Shown: positions 20,817-30,606 of the stretch, piece by piece | Layout: every line of letters starts with the position of its first letter | How positions within the stretch are numbered: position 1 is the stretch's first letter | Source: Candidatus Daviesbacteria bacterium | GTDB taxonomy: Bacteria > Patescibacteriota > Microgenomatia > Daviesbacterales > UBA10151 | Length of the DNA: 64,000 bases | Direction: 5' to 3' | Assembly (NCBI GenBank): GCA_016176335.1 | Contig: JACOXI010000003.1 | Span: 386,477 to 450,476 of the forward strand | Made by a program: the position numbers and the translations under genes | Notes under the pieces: generated by a model | What the model was told of the DNA's origin: nothing | The model's input: the letters and a program-made list of their open reading frames with translations, nothing else | The model's database searches: none

Positions 20817-22429
20817 TGACTAAGCAAGTAAAGATTTTTTTTCTTTTAATAATTCTTATATCGGCAATTTTGAGGTTTTATAAACTGGATGTTATTCCTC
20901 CTTCTTTGTCTTGGGATGAGGTTGCTAATGGTTATAATGCCTATACTATTGCCAATTGGGGCAAGGATGAATGGGGTAAAGTTTTTCCTTTAACTTTTAA
21001 ATCTTTTGAGGATGACAAACATCCGGTTCATATATATTTCACTGCTTTATCGGTTAAGCTATTGGGCTTATCAGATTTCAGCACCAGGTTTCCTGCAGCC
21101 TTATATGGAGTGTTAAATGTAGTAGTTATTTTTTACCTTGCCAAAACATTATTTGCCAGCAATTTAATGGGACTTCTTTCTGCATTATTTTTAGCGATCT
21201 CCCCTTACAATCTCCAGTTTTCCCGTTTTAATCATGAAGCTAATTTTGCCCTATTTTTCTTTTTGTTGGGTTTTTTGTTGTTTTTAAAAGGAATCCGGGA
21301 AAACAGAATATTTCTGCCTTGGGGATTTTTTAGCTTTGGAGTCAGTTTATTAAGCTATCATCCATCTAAAGTAGTTGTCCCTCCTCTAATTTTGCTGCTA
21401 ATAATATTTTTTTTCAAAGATTTACTTAAAATTAAAAAGTATTTCCTGATGGCTTTGTTGGCTTTATCTATTATTTTTATGCTGATGTTTTCGGATAAAG
21501 CTCTTTTAGGAGGAGCTAGAATCAAACAGACTTCTATAAATCGTGATAAAATTATCAAGACCTCCTTTTTTAAAAAAACGCACAATGAACTTCTGGGGAG
21601 AATGGAGGTTACGTTTAAACAATATTTATGGCATTTTGACCCAGGATATTTGTTTGTCACCGGCAGCTCAAATTCCAAATTCTCTATTCAAACCGTAGGT
21701 CAGTTTTATAAATCAGATGCACTTTTTCTGACAATTGGTTTGATCGGGCTAATTGCAGGTATCTTATTTGTGCCCAGTCTTAGAAAAAAATTATTGATAC
21801 TTTTAGTATGGGCAATATTATCTCCTTTACCCTCCAGTTTAGTGGAAGAAGCTCCTCATGCAGCCAGGGCCAGTTTTATGATGGGTAGTTGGCTGTTGAT
21901 TTCGGCCTATGGTTTTTATTTACTTATCATATTACTTCGAGGCAAACTGGCGAGAGCAACTATTCTGGTGTTAGGTTTGGCAGTGACTTTTTGGTTATTC
22001 AAAGACTATCTGATTGATTTTTACACAACTTACCCAAGGGAACATGGTATTGATTGGCAATATGGCATGAAGCAAATTGTTGAATACGTTAAGGAACATA
22101 ATGGATATTCCAGGGTATATGTGACGGATATTAGATTCCAGCCTTATATTTTCTTCCTGTATTATTTGAAAACACCTTTGCCGAAGTATTTGGAAACTGT
22201 TATCTTTACCCAAGATACAGAACATCGAAAATATAGCTTGGTTTCATCATTTGGTAAATATCATTTTGGCGATTGGGATCCTATTGAAAGCGAACTAACT
22301 ATGGGTGTTCTATATGCAGTTACTCCCAGTCAATATGATGGATTAAGGCACAGGGATGCATTTGATGTTAAAAAGATTATCTATTATCCTAATGGCACAA
22401 CAGCTTTTTATCTGGTAAGTAGCATATGA
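20816..22429 (+). CDS. ArnT/PMT-family GT-C glycosyltransferase
   Basis: PPSLSWDEVANGYNAY...GKDEWG, FSR.NHEAN, PHAAR, WQYG. TGATG coupling at 20814-20818. Confidence 0.85.
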   Translation: MTKQVKIFFLLIILISAILRFYKLDVIPPSLSWDEVANGYNAYTIANWGKDEWGKVFPLTFKSFEDDKHPVHIYFTALSVKLLGLSDFSTRFPAALYGVLNVVVIFYLAKTLFASNLMGLLSALFLAISPYNLQFSRFNHEANFALFFFLLGFLLFLKGIRENRIFLPWGFFSFGVSLLSYHPSKVVVPPLILLLIIFFFKDLLKIKKYFLMALLALSIIFMLMFSDKALLGGARIKQTSINRDKIIKTSFFKKTHNELLGRMEVTFKQYLWHFDPGYLFVTGSSNSKFSIQTVGQFYKSDALFLTIGLIGLIAGILFVPSLRKKLLILLVWAILSPLPSSLVEEAPHAARASFMMGSWLLISAYGFYLLIILLRGKLARATILVLGLAVTFWLFKDYLIDFYTTYPREHGIDWQYGMKQIVEYVKEHNGYSRVYVTDIRFQPYIFFLYYLKTPLPKYLETVIFTQDTEHRKYSLVSSFGKYHFGDWDPIESELTMGVLYAVTPSQYDGLRHRDAFDVKKIIYYPNGTTAFYLVSSI

Positions 22430-23193
22430 CAAAAATTTCAGTAGTTCTTGCAGTCCATAACGAAGAAGAAAATATCGGAAAATGTCTTGAGTCGGTTAAA
22501 GATTTATCATGGGAGACTATAATTGTAGATGGGGGATCTACGGATAAAACTTTAGATATTGCAAAAGAGTTTGGAGCCAGGATTATAGAAACAGAAAACT
22601 TTCAAAATTTCCATATAAATAAAAATAAGGCCATAGATGCAGCTAGAGGAGATTGGGTTTTACAACTGGATGCTGATGAGATTGTGACAAGGCAGTTAAA
22701 AGAGGAAATTCAAACAGTAGTTGAAGACCAAAAATATAATGGTTACTGGATTCCACGAAGAAACTTTTTTTTAACAAGATTTTTGACAAAGGGAGGACAA
22801 TATCCTGATTATACATTAAGACTTTACAAGAAAGGATTAGGCAGACTGCCAGGAAAAGATGTTCACGAACAGGCAATTGTAGAAGGCAGAGTAGGGTATT
22901 TGAAAAACGACCTGTTACATATGCGAGATAGAAACTTCTCGATTTATTTCAGCAGATTTAAAAGATATACGGATCTGTTGGCTTCTCAACTACACGAGAA
23001 AGGGCAAAGAGTTAATTTAATATCCTCAATAAACTATCTGTTTATCAAGCCTGTATGTTGGTTTATTAAATCCTATCTAAGGCACAGAGGGTATGTTGAT
23101 GGGTTTGCCGGATTTGTTTTTGCGCTTTTTTCTTCACTTCGATTCCCTGTTGCCTATTATAAATTATGGAGGCTTTATGCACGTAGCAATTAA
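22426..23193 (+). CDS. GT2 glycosyltransferase (WaaE/KdtX-like)
   Basis: ISVVLAVHNEE, VDGGSTD, LDADE, YPDY..RL, VHE. Confidence 0.88.
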   Translation: MTKISVVLAVHNEEENIGKCLESVKDLSWETIIVDGGSTDKTLDIAKEFGARIIETENFQNFHINKNKAIDAARGDWVLQLDADEIVTRQLKEEIQTVVEDQKYNGYWIPRRNFFLTRFLTKGGQYPDYTLRLYKKGLGRLPGKDVHEQAIVEGRVGYLKNDLLHMRDRNFSIYFSRFKRYTDLLASQLHEKGQRVNLISSINYLFIKPVCWFIKSYLRHRGYVDGFAGFVFALFSSLRFPVAYYKLWRLYARSN

Positions 23194-24250
23194 TGTAACG
23201 CCGTTAAAATCAGCTCATAAAAACAGAGGGATTGGTTATTATACTTACAATCTGGTCGAGAATCTGAAGAAAGATCAGAGCATTATAATTTCTACCTTTT
23301 CGGATACAGCTGAAGTTAAAGAGGCGGATATAATACATTATCCTTGGTTTGATTTTTTCTTTCATACTTTACCGCTTAGGAAAATTGCTCCAACAGTTGT
23401 GACAATCCATGATGTGATCCCGTTCATTTTTAAAGAACATTATCCTGTTGGAATTAAAGGCAGGATTAACTTTTTGCTTCAAAAAGTTGCCCTTAAAAAT
23501 TGCGGAGCCTTTATTACCGATTCCGATACGTCAAAACAGGATATTGTAAAACATCTAAAATTGGAAAGTAAAAAAGTTTTTTCAATACCTTTGGCAGCAG
23601 AAGACAGATTTAAACTGCTAAGCGACACAAAACTTTTATACGCAAAAAGGAAACTTAAATTACCAGACAGATATTTATTGTATGTAGGAGATGCTAATTG
23701 GGTTAAAAATATACCGTTTTTAATTAAAGCCTTCAAAAAACTTAAAAACATTTCATCTGACATGAATGACCTAAAGTTGGTCCTTGTTGGGGGGGTATTT
23801 CTCAAAAGAGTAAACAATATAAATCACCCGGAGCTGGAAAGTCTAAAATTAGCAAATAAGTTAATCGAAGGACAAGGATTAGAAGAAAGTATCGTAAGAG
23901 TCGGAAATTTGGAGCAAGATGAGCTTGTGGCCTGTTATAATTTGGCAACTGTCTACGTCCAACCATCATTTTATGAAGGATTTGGTCTGCCAGTTCTCGA
24001 GGCTTTTGCTTGTGGCGTACCTGTTGTCTGTTCGAATGGTGGAAGCTTACCGGAAGTTGGAGGAGATGCCGCACTTTTTTTTGATCCGCATAATTTGGAT
24101 CAATGTATAAATCTTTTGAGGGAGGTTTTGCAAAATATGTCACTTCGGGAAAAATTAATAAAATTGGGATTAAAGCAGGCAGAAAAATTTTCATGGCAAA
24201 AAGTTTTGGATGATACTAAAGCTGTCTATATGAAAACCTTAATGAGATGA
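23177..24250 (+). CDS. GT4 glycosyltransferase (mannosyltransferase-like)
   Basis: RGIG.Y, VVTIHD, LLYVG, EGFGLPVLEAFACG. GGAGG at 23168-23172 supports ATG 23177. Confidence 0.9.
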   Translation: MHVAINVTPLKSAHKNRGIGYYTYNLVENLKKDQSIIISTFSDTAEVKEADIIHYPWFDFFFHTLPLRKIAPTVVTIHDVIPFIFKEHYPVGIKGRINFLLQKVALKNCGAFITDSDTSKQDIVKHLKLESKKVFSIPLAAEDRFKLLSDTKLLYAKRKLKLPDRYLLYVGDANWVKNIPFLIKAFKKLKNISSDMNDLKLVLVGGVFLKRVNNINHPELESLKLANKLIEGQGLEESIVRVGNLEQDELVACYNLATVYVQPSFYEGFGLPVLEAFACGVPVVCSNGGSLPEVGGDAALFFDPHNLDQCINLLREVLQNMSLREKLIKLGLKQAEKFSWQKVLDDTKAVYMKTLMR

Positions 24251-25524
24251 AAAGTATTAAGGATGCAATAAGACGCCCCTTTTTTTATGGCAGTGCCACA
24301 ATGATTATTGGCAGCAATGCTTCTAATTTTCTCAACTATATTTACCATCTGATTATGGGAAGATTACTTGGGCCGGCAAGTTATGGAGAACTCGCTACCC
24401 TACTTTCCTTAAGTGGGCTGTTGGTTATTATTCCGGCTTCGTTTAGTTTAGTTATTACAAAATACATATCTTCCGCTCATACAAATAAGGATGTAGAGAG
24501 TATCATCAAATGGTTTGACAAAAAAGTTTTTCTGGCAGGAGGAATTACATTCTTACTGATCTTTTTAACTTCACGGTATATTTCATCCTTTTTGAGTATC
24601 GGAGACCACCTATTAATTACTATTATTGGAGCTGGGTTTGTCTTTACCCTGCCCTTAATATTGAATAGATCAGTTTTACAAGGATTATTGAGATTTAAAC
24701 AGATGGTGATCATCATTTTAGTGGAGAGTGGTCTAAAACTATTGCTTGGAGCAGTGCTTGTTTATATTGGATTTTCGGTGGGAGGAGCTTTAGTTGGTCT
24801 TATAATTGCGGGATTTGTAGGGTGGCTTTTGTCCAGATGGTTTATTTCAGACTACATAAGAGGTGGAGAAGCGAAATCCCCGATTCTTAAACCTTTTGTA
24901 ATGTATTCTATTTCAGTTTTAATTTACTCTATAGCTATGACCTCTTTATATTCGACGGACTTAATTTTAGCTAAACATTTTCTATCTTCACACGATGCAG
25001 GTATTTATGCGGCGTTATCAACCTTGGGTAAGATTATCTTTTTTGGGGCAGGACCAATTGGCGCAGTCATGTTTCCGTTAGTAGCACAAAAGCAAAAAAA
25101 AGGAGAAAATTACACAACGGTTTTTAAGTACAGTTTTATTTTGACCAGTATTTTTGCTTTGACAATCCTCGCAGTCTATTGGCTACAACCTGCAATCGCT
25201 ATCCAGATTTTATATGGTTCGCGCTATCTTGAGGGAGTCAATCTTTTAATCTGGTTTGGAGTATTTATGATGTTTTTTACCCTTTCTTCACTATTTATTA
25301 CTTATAATCTTTCCCTGGGAAGGGTCAAGGTAGTGATACTTCCATCCTTGGCAGCAGTTGCCCAAATTGGGGGGATCTGGGTTTATCATGCGGACACAAT
25401 GACTATTGTTTCAATTTCGATTTTAGTGACTGCTTTACTGCTTGCAACACTCCTTATATACTCTAGCTATGGAAAAGTCTCTTATAAAAATAAGGTTAGT
25501 TTCAGTAATCGTCCCGGCATTTAA
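24247..25524 (+). CDS. wzx: Wzx/MOP-superfamily polysaccharide flippase
   Basis: 425 aa, about 12 TM. MGRLLGP..YG, LQGL.RF, D..L.KHF, AGIYAA...GK motifs. Confidence 0.8.
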   Translation: MKSIKDAIRRPFFYGSATMIIGSNASNFLNYIYHLIMGRLLGPASYGELATLLSLSGLLVIIPASFSLVITKYISSAHTNKDVESIIKWFDKKVFLAGGITFLLIFLTSRYISSFLSIGDHLLITIIGAGFVFTLPLILNRSVLQGLLRFKQMVIIILVESGLKLLLGAVLVYIGFSVGGALVGLIIAGFVGWLLSRWFISDYIRGGEAKSPILKPFVMYSISVLIYSIAMTSLYSTDLILAKHFLSSHDAGIYAALSTLGKIIFFGAGPIGAVMFPLVAQKQKKGENYTTVFKYSFILTSIFALTILAVYWLQPAIAIQILYGSRYLEGVNLLIWFGVFMMFFTLSSLFITYNLSLGRVKVVILPSLAAVAQIGGIWVYHADTMTIVSISILVTALLLATLLIYSSYGKVSYKNKVSFSNRPGI

Positions 25525-26290
25525 GCAGGAACAAACTATTGTCAGGGATTTAAAAAGAATTGGAGAGGTTTTAGGTAAACTCCGTTATCCGACAGAGTTA
25601 ATTTGTGTGGTAGACGGAAAAGTTGATGGGACCTTAAATAAGACCAAAATGTTCGCAAAGAAAAATCCCCATATAAAGGTAATTGGGTACGACACCAACA
25701 AAGGTAAGGGTTATGCAGTACGCTTTGGTATGGCAGAAAGCAAGGGAGATATTGTAGGCTTTATAGATTCTGGAATGGATATTAACCCGAATGGTTTGGC
25801 AATGCTTCTGGAGCATTTTGAGTGGTATGATGCTGATATAATAATTGGTTCTAAAAGACACCCGGTTTCCAAGGTTGATTATCCTTGGCAACGAAAAATT
25901 CTCTCCATGGGTTATCAATTACTGGTTTTTATACTTTTTGGATTAAAAGTTAGGGATACACAAGTTGGAATAAAATTTTTCAAGCGGGAGGTTTTGGAAA
26001 AAGTATTACCGAGACTTTTAGTAAAAGAGTATGCTTTTGATGTAGAGATACTGTCGGTTGCTGACTATTTAGGCTATAAGAGGATCTATGAGGCTCCCAT
26101 AGACATTAAACTCGGTTTTGGAGGAACCTCAACTGTCACAAGCAAAGCATTCCTGAAAGTAGTGTTTGCTATACTAAAAGATACACTGGCAGTTTTTTAC
26201 AGACTTAAATTACTCGAGTATTACTCGAGTAAAAATAAAAGAAAATGGAGGTTTGATCCTGAACTTAATTTCAGAGTTAATGTCGGATGA
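25469..26290 (+). CDS. GT2, polyprenol-phosphate sugar synthase (DPM/DPG-synthase-like)
   Basis: SVIVPA, N.GKG.AV..G, DSG for DxD, IIIGS.R, DTQ.G.K, FDVE. Confidence 0.82.
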   Translation: MEKSLIKIRLVSVIVPAFKQEQTIVRDLKRIGEVLGKLRYPTELICVVDGKVDGTLNKTKMFAKKNPHIKVIGYDTNKGKGYAVRFGMAESKGDIVGFIDSGMDINPNGLAMLLEHFEWYDADIIIGSKRHPVSKVDYPWQRKILSMGYQLLVFILFGLKVRDTQVGIKFFKREVLEKVLPRLLVKEYAFDVEILSVADYLGYKRIYEAPIDIKLGFGGTSTVTSKAFLKVVFAILKDTLAVFYRLKLLEYYSSKNKRKWRFDPELNFRVNVG

Positions 26291-27420
26291 AGATTTTAAT
26301 CTTATCTTGGAGAGGGCCAAAGCATCCCAATGCTGGAGGAGCAGAGGTTTCAACGTTTGAACATGCAAAAAGTTGGGTAAAGGCTGGTTATGATGTCACC
26401 TTGTTTACTTCCGCTTTTGCAGGTTGTAAAGAGCAAGAGGTGATAGATGGAATAAAGATAAAAAGATGTGGTAGACAGATATTTGGAGTTCAATGGGAAG
26501 CTTTTAAATGGTACTTATTTGGCGAGCACCCCAAATTTGATTTAGTAATTGATCAATTTCATGGCATTCCCTTTTTTACTCCAATATATATTAAAGAAAA
26601 AAAATTGGCATTTATTCATGAGGTTACCAAAGAAGTTTGGAGACTAAATCCTTGGTCTTGGCCCTTTAATAGGATAGCTGCTTTTATTGGTGAGATATGC
26701 GAACCTTTGGTGTTTAAATTGTTATATAAAGAGATGCCTTTTATGACAGTGTCGCAGTCAACGAAGCAAGACTTAGTTGATTGGGGAATTCCCAAAAGCA
26801 ATATTACAGTTATACATAATGGTATAAATATCCCAAGAACAAAAAAGTTTCCACCAAAAGAGAAAAAGAAAACAGCCATTTTTCTTGGTTCTATAAGTAA
26901 AGATAAAGGAATTGAAGATGCAATTTATATCTTCAAAGAAATAGACAATATTGAGAAGGGTTGGCAGTTTTGGGTGGTAGGAAAATCGGATATGAGATAT
27001 TTGAATACCATTCAAAGATTAGCAAAAAATTTAGGAATTTTTCATAAGATTATTTTTTGGGGGTATGTAACGGAGAGTAAAAAATTTGAACTTTTATCGA
27101 AAGCTCATATTTTAGTTAACCCATCAATTAGAGAGGGATGGGGATTGGTAGTGATTGAGGCAGGAGGTGTAGGTACGCCGACAGCAGGCTATAATGTTGC
27201 CGGGTTAAGAAATTCCGTTATAAATGGCAAGACAGGACTTCTTTCCCACCCACATAATATCACAGCTTTAGCAATTAAAATTGTTAAATTAATGAATAAC
27301 AAATTGCGCTTAAGAAAGATGAGTCTTGATGCTTATTTTTGGAGCAAAAAATTTAGATGGGAAAATGCTTGTTGGGAAAGTCTAAAATTGGTTGAAAGCG
27401 TAGTCAGCGAAAAATATTGA
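26287..27420 (+). CDS. GT4 glycosyltransferase
   Basis: HP.AGGAE, TVS.ST, EGWGLVVIEA, TP, G.TG.L. Confidence 0.9.
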   Translation: MKILILSWRGPKHPNAGGAEVSTFEHAKSWVKAGYDVTLFTSAFAGCKEQEVIDGIKIKRCGRQIFGVQWEAFKWYLFGEHPKFDLVIDQFHGIPFFTPIYIKEKKLAFIHEVTKEVWRLNPWSWPFNRIAAFIGEICEPLVFKLLYKEMPFMTVSQSTKQDLVDWGIPKSNITVIHNGINIPRTKKFPPKEKKKTAIFLGSISKDKGIEDAIYIFKEIDNIEKGWQFWVVGKSDMRYLNTIQRLAKNLGIFHKIIFWGYVTESKKFELLSKAHILVNPSIREGWGLVVIEAGGVGTPTAGYNVAGLRNSVINGKTGLLSHPHNITALAIKIVKLMNNKLRLRKMSLDAYFWSKKFRWENACWESLKLVESVVSEKY

Positions 27421-27421
27421 T

Positions 27422-28420
27422 TCAAACTTTCCAATTCTTAGGCAAGAGAGGACTATCAATTTCTACAGTATCAAAACAAGATTTTTGGGGTCCTTGCCTT
27501 TTTGCATACTCCCAAGTGGATATGATACCTTTTAATAATGGAGTTTTATCTTGATAATGTAAATACTTAATTGCTTGGGTATGATCTGAAATAGCTATTT
27601 TAACTTCTTGTGGTCTATTGTCAAGATAGATTGGAGGAATATTTATACCCGAGACTTTTTGAATGATTTCTGATAACTGATTAAGAGAATAATCTTTTTC
27701 GGCTCCAATATTAAAAACCATGCCGTGGAAATTTCCGAAGCCACATTTAAATATCGCGTCGACTACATCGTCAATATAGGAAAAACATCTACGTTGATTA
27801 CCGTCACCGTAAATATAATAAGGCTGATTTTTTAAAAGGGCATTCATGAAAATAGTAATGACATTCCTATATGGATCTGTCATATTTTGTCTTGGCCCAT
27901 AGACATTGTGAGGTCTGGTAATAACGTATTCGAACTTATGAACTTTACTTAAGACTTCTAGTGTTTTTTCTATTGCTAATTTACTTATTCCATACAAATC
28001 TTCCGGTTCAGGCTTGTAAGTTTCTTTGAAGGGGGTTTGTAAAGCCCCGTATACTGCGATAGAAGAAGTGAAGACCAATCTTTTCATACCATTTCTTAAT
28101 GCAGGTACTAATGTATTAATAAATGCATTCCAGTTTCGGGAAGTAACATCTATAGGGGAAAACTGGGCTTTATTCTCCGCTGCGTTAGCAGCTAAATGAT
28201 AAACAATCTCAGGTTTTATTTTTTTGATGATTTTGTCGGCAGAATTTTTATTTCTTAGATCAACTTTATAAAACTCACTTTTGGGATTAATATTTCTTAG
28301 AAAACCTCCTGACAGATCATCAATTATTCTAACTTTATGGCCAGCTGTTACTAACCGATCAACCACATGTGACCCGATAAATCCTGCACCTCCTGTGACT
28401 AAAATGCTTTTTGATTTCAT
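27422..28420 (-). CDS. NAD-dependent nucleotide-sugar epimerase/dehydratase (extended SDR)
   Basis: [33 protein letters not shown]. Start set at ATG 28420. Confidence 0.9.
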   Translation of the reverse strand: MKSKSILVTGGAGFIGSHVVDRLVTAGHKVRIIDDLSGGFLRNINPKSEFYKVDLRNKNSADKIIKKIKPEIVYHLAANAAENKAQFSPIDVTSRNWNAFINTLVPALRNGMKRLVFTSSIAVYGALQTPFKETYKPEPEDLYGISKLAIEKTLEVLSKVHKFEYVITRPHNVYGPRQNMTDPYRNVITIFMNALLKNQPYYIYGDGNQRRCFSYIDDVVDAIFKCGFGNFHGMVFNIGAEKDYSLNQLSEIIQKVSGINIPPIYLDNRPQEVKIAISDHTQAIKYLHYQDKTPLLKGIISTWEYAKRQGPQKSCFDTVEIDSPLLPKNWKV

Positions 28421-28452
28421 ACCGCAAATATTAATTGCTTTTATGCTAAATA

Positions 28453-29166
28453 TCAACCAAAATATTTAGGTAAGCTGGAAAAATAGACTTTGGTAATTGT
28501 TTTGAAAACATTGAGACCATCTTTGAGGGCTTTGATTCCAGAGATACCTCCGACTCTTTTTGTGTATGTAATGGGAATTTGTACCAAGTTCATTCCCATC
28601 TTTGCTGCTTTTACCACCACCTCAGCTTCATATTCAAAATGCCTTTCCTTTAAATCCAAAGCTAGGAATGCATTTTTTCTAAATCCTTTAAATCCCGCCA
28701 TAACATCGGTAATTTTTCTACCGCAGGCAATTGATGTTGCAAGGGAAATTATCCAGTTGCCCAAAAGGTTTCTAAAGGTTATTGAGCCTTGTTCAACTTT
28801 TCCTCCATTAAACCGTGTACCTATAACAATATCAGCTCCCATCTCCAGTGCCTTAACAAATAAGGGTATCTCATATGGTTGAAATTGGTGATCGGTATCA
28901 ATTTGAATAATATAATTACCTTTGGCTGCTAAACCTCCTGCCCAAAAATCTGCACCTTTTCCTCGTTTAAAGGGAAATCTAATAATTCTATCAATCCTTA
29001 ATCTTTTGGCAATTGTAACTGTTTTATCCTTTGAGGCTGCATCTACTAAAATGATTTCTATGGGGAAAAATTTCTTTAAAATCTTGCAATCTTTTATAGT
29101 TCTGCCAATATTTTTCTCTTCATTGTAAGAAGTAAGAACTATGCTTACTAATTTTGGGGTGTTCAT
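28453..29166 (-). CDS. GT2, polyprenol-phosphate sugar synthase (DPM1/ArnC-like)
   Basis: YNEE, GKG, DTD, VIGTRF, D...G.K, FEYEAE, PITY..R. Confidence 0.82.
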   Translation of the reverse strand: MNTPKLVSIVLTSYNEEKNIGRTIKDCKILKKFFPIEIILVDAASKDKTVTIAKRLRIDRIIRFPFKRGKGADFWAGGLAAKGNYIIQIDTDHQFQPYEIPLFVKALEMGADIVIGTRFNGGKVEQGSITFRNLLGNWIISLATSIACGRKITDVMAGFKGFRKNAFLALDLKERHFEYEAEVVVKAAKMGMNLVQIPITYTKRVGGISGIKALKDGLNVFKTITKVYFSSLPKYFG

Positions 29167-29262
29167 GTTAATTTACATTAGATTCAGGCTAGGGTATCCA
29201 ATATAAAATTGATTGTCAACTATTGCAAGGACTTCTTGATTTATAGTAGGATCGAGGTGTTA

Positions 29263-30606
29263 ATGAGAGATAAACGCATCGCCATTTTTGGTATCGGGAG
29301 GATTGGGTTACCTCTCGCCTTAATACTAGCTGATAAAGGATTTCAAGTCACAGGGGTAGATGTGGATCCCTATAGAATTTCCTTACTGCGGCATAAGATA
29401 ATGCCGTTTACGGAAGAGGGAGCACAATCCCTCTTGGATAAACATAGTGGTAAAAAATTTCAGGTTTTTTCTCAGGAGCATGTTGATAGGATAGTAGTAG
29501 AAAATGAGATAATTATTTTTACTCTAGGTACTCCTATTGATGAAACATATAGCCCTAATTTTTCCGACATAGAAAAACTGATTAGAAAAATAGCACCAGT
29601 CATGAAACCCGGACATTTGATTATCTTAAGAAGTACAGTTTTCCCGGGAGCAACTGAACAGTTGGCAAGGCAGCTTGAAGAGCAAACGAAACTATCAATA
29701 GGAGATAATCTTTTTTTGGCATATTGCCCCGAAAGGATAGCAGAAGGGAAATCTATAGAGGAACTAACTCAAATTCCACAAATAATTGGTACCATAGACG
29801 AAATAAGCGCAGAAAAGGCAGCTAAAGTTTTTGAAAAAATTGCTCCGAAACTTTTATTTACAAATCCCAAATCAGCAGAACTGGCAAAGTTATTTTGTAA
29901 TATGTATAGGTATATTGATTTTGCGATTGGAAATGAATTTATGATGATAGCTGAAAGCTATGGGTGTAATATTTATGAGGTGTTGCATCTTGTGAATGAT
30001 AACTATAAAAGAGGTAATTTAAAATCCCCAGGTTTTACTGCCGGACCCTGTTTAGTTAAGGATGGATTTTTCCTGATAGATAAAAGCCCGTATATGGAAC
30101 TTGTGACAGCTGCCTGGAGATTAAATGAGAATGTTCCTGGTTATCTTTTATCAAGAGTGAAAGCAGAAATAAAGGATTTGCATAGAAAAAAGGTAGCAAT
30201 TTTAGGCTTGTCTTTTAAGAAGAATATAGACGACACAAGACACTCTCTTTCTCCAAAGTTGGAGCGTTACTTTTTGGCAGAAGGTGCCAAAGTGTCCCTA
30301 TACGATCCTTTTATTGACTCTCAACCTCTGGAAGATGTAATTAAAGATGCTGATATTTTAATTTTGGCGATTAACCACGATGTTTTTAAGAGTTTAAACT
30401 TTCAATATTTAGGCAATTTAGTATCTGAAGGCTGTTTAATATTTGATATCTGGAACATGTTTGGTACCGGAAAAATCCTCTTTTATCTAAAAGATGTCAT
30501 AGATAGTAATAAGTCTGTGACCACTGGCAATGGAGAAATAAAAAAATCTAATAGAAAGCACACAAGGCGTACACTCCAGCGTAGAGTATCTCTTTCCACT
30601 ACATGA
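29263..30606 (+). CDS. UDP-glucose/GDP-mannose dehydrogenase family protein (WecC-like)
   Basis: GIGRIG, GTP, RSTV.PG.T, YCPER..EG, AELAK, catalytic GPCL.KD, GLSFK.NIDD.R.S. GAGGTG SD before ATG 29263. Confidence 0.88.
   Translation: MRDKRIAIFGIGRIGLPLALILADKGFQVTGVDVDPYRISLLRHKIMPFTEEGAQSLLDKHSGKKFQVFSQEHVDRIVVENEIIIFTLGTPIDETYSPNFSDIEKLIRKIAPVMKPGHLIILRSTVFPGATEQLARQLEEQTKLSIGDNLFLAYCPERIAEGKSIEELTQIPQIIGTIDEISAEKAAKVFEKIAPKLLFTNPKSAELAKLFCNMYRYIDFAIGNEFMMIAESYGCNIYEVLHLVNDNYKRGNLKSPGFTAGPCLVKDGFFLIDKSPYMELVTAAWRLNENVPGYLLSRVKAEIKDLHRKKVAILGLSFKKNIDDTRHSLSPKLERYFLAEGAKVSLYDPFIDSQPLEDVIKDADILILAINHDVFKSLNFQYLGNLVSEGCLIFDIWNMFGTGKILFYLKDVIDSNKSVTTGNGEIKKSNRKHTRRTLQRRVSLSTT

Noticed and set aside
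30490-30606. Basic C-terminal tail on the dehydrogenase, considered as a possible gene relic
   Set aside because: I found no recognisable fragment in alternative frames. It is probably a simple extension to the ATGA overlap.
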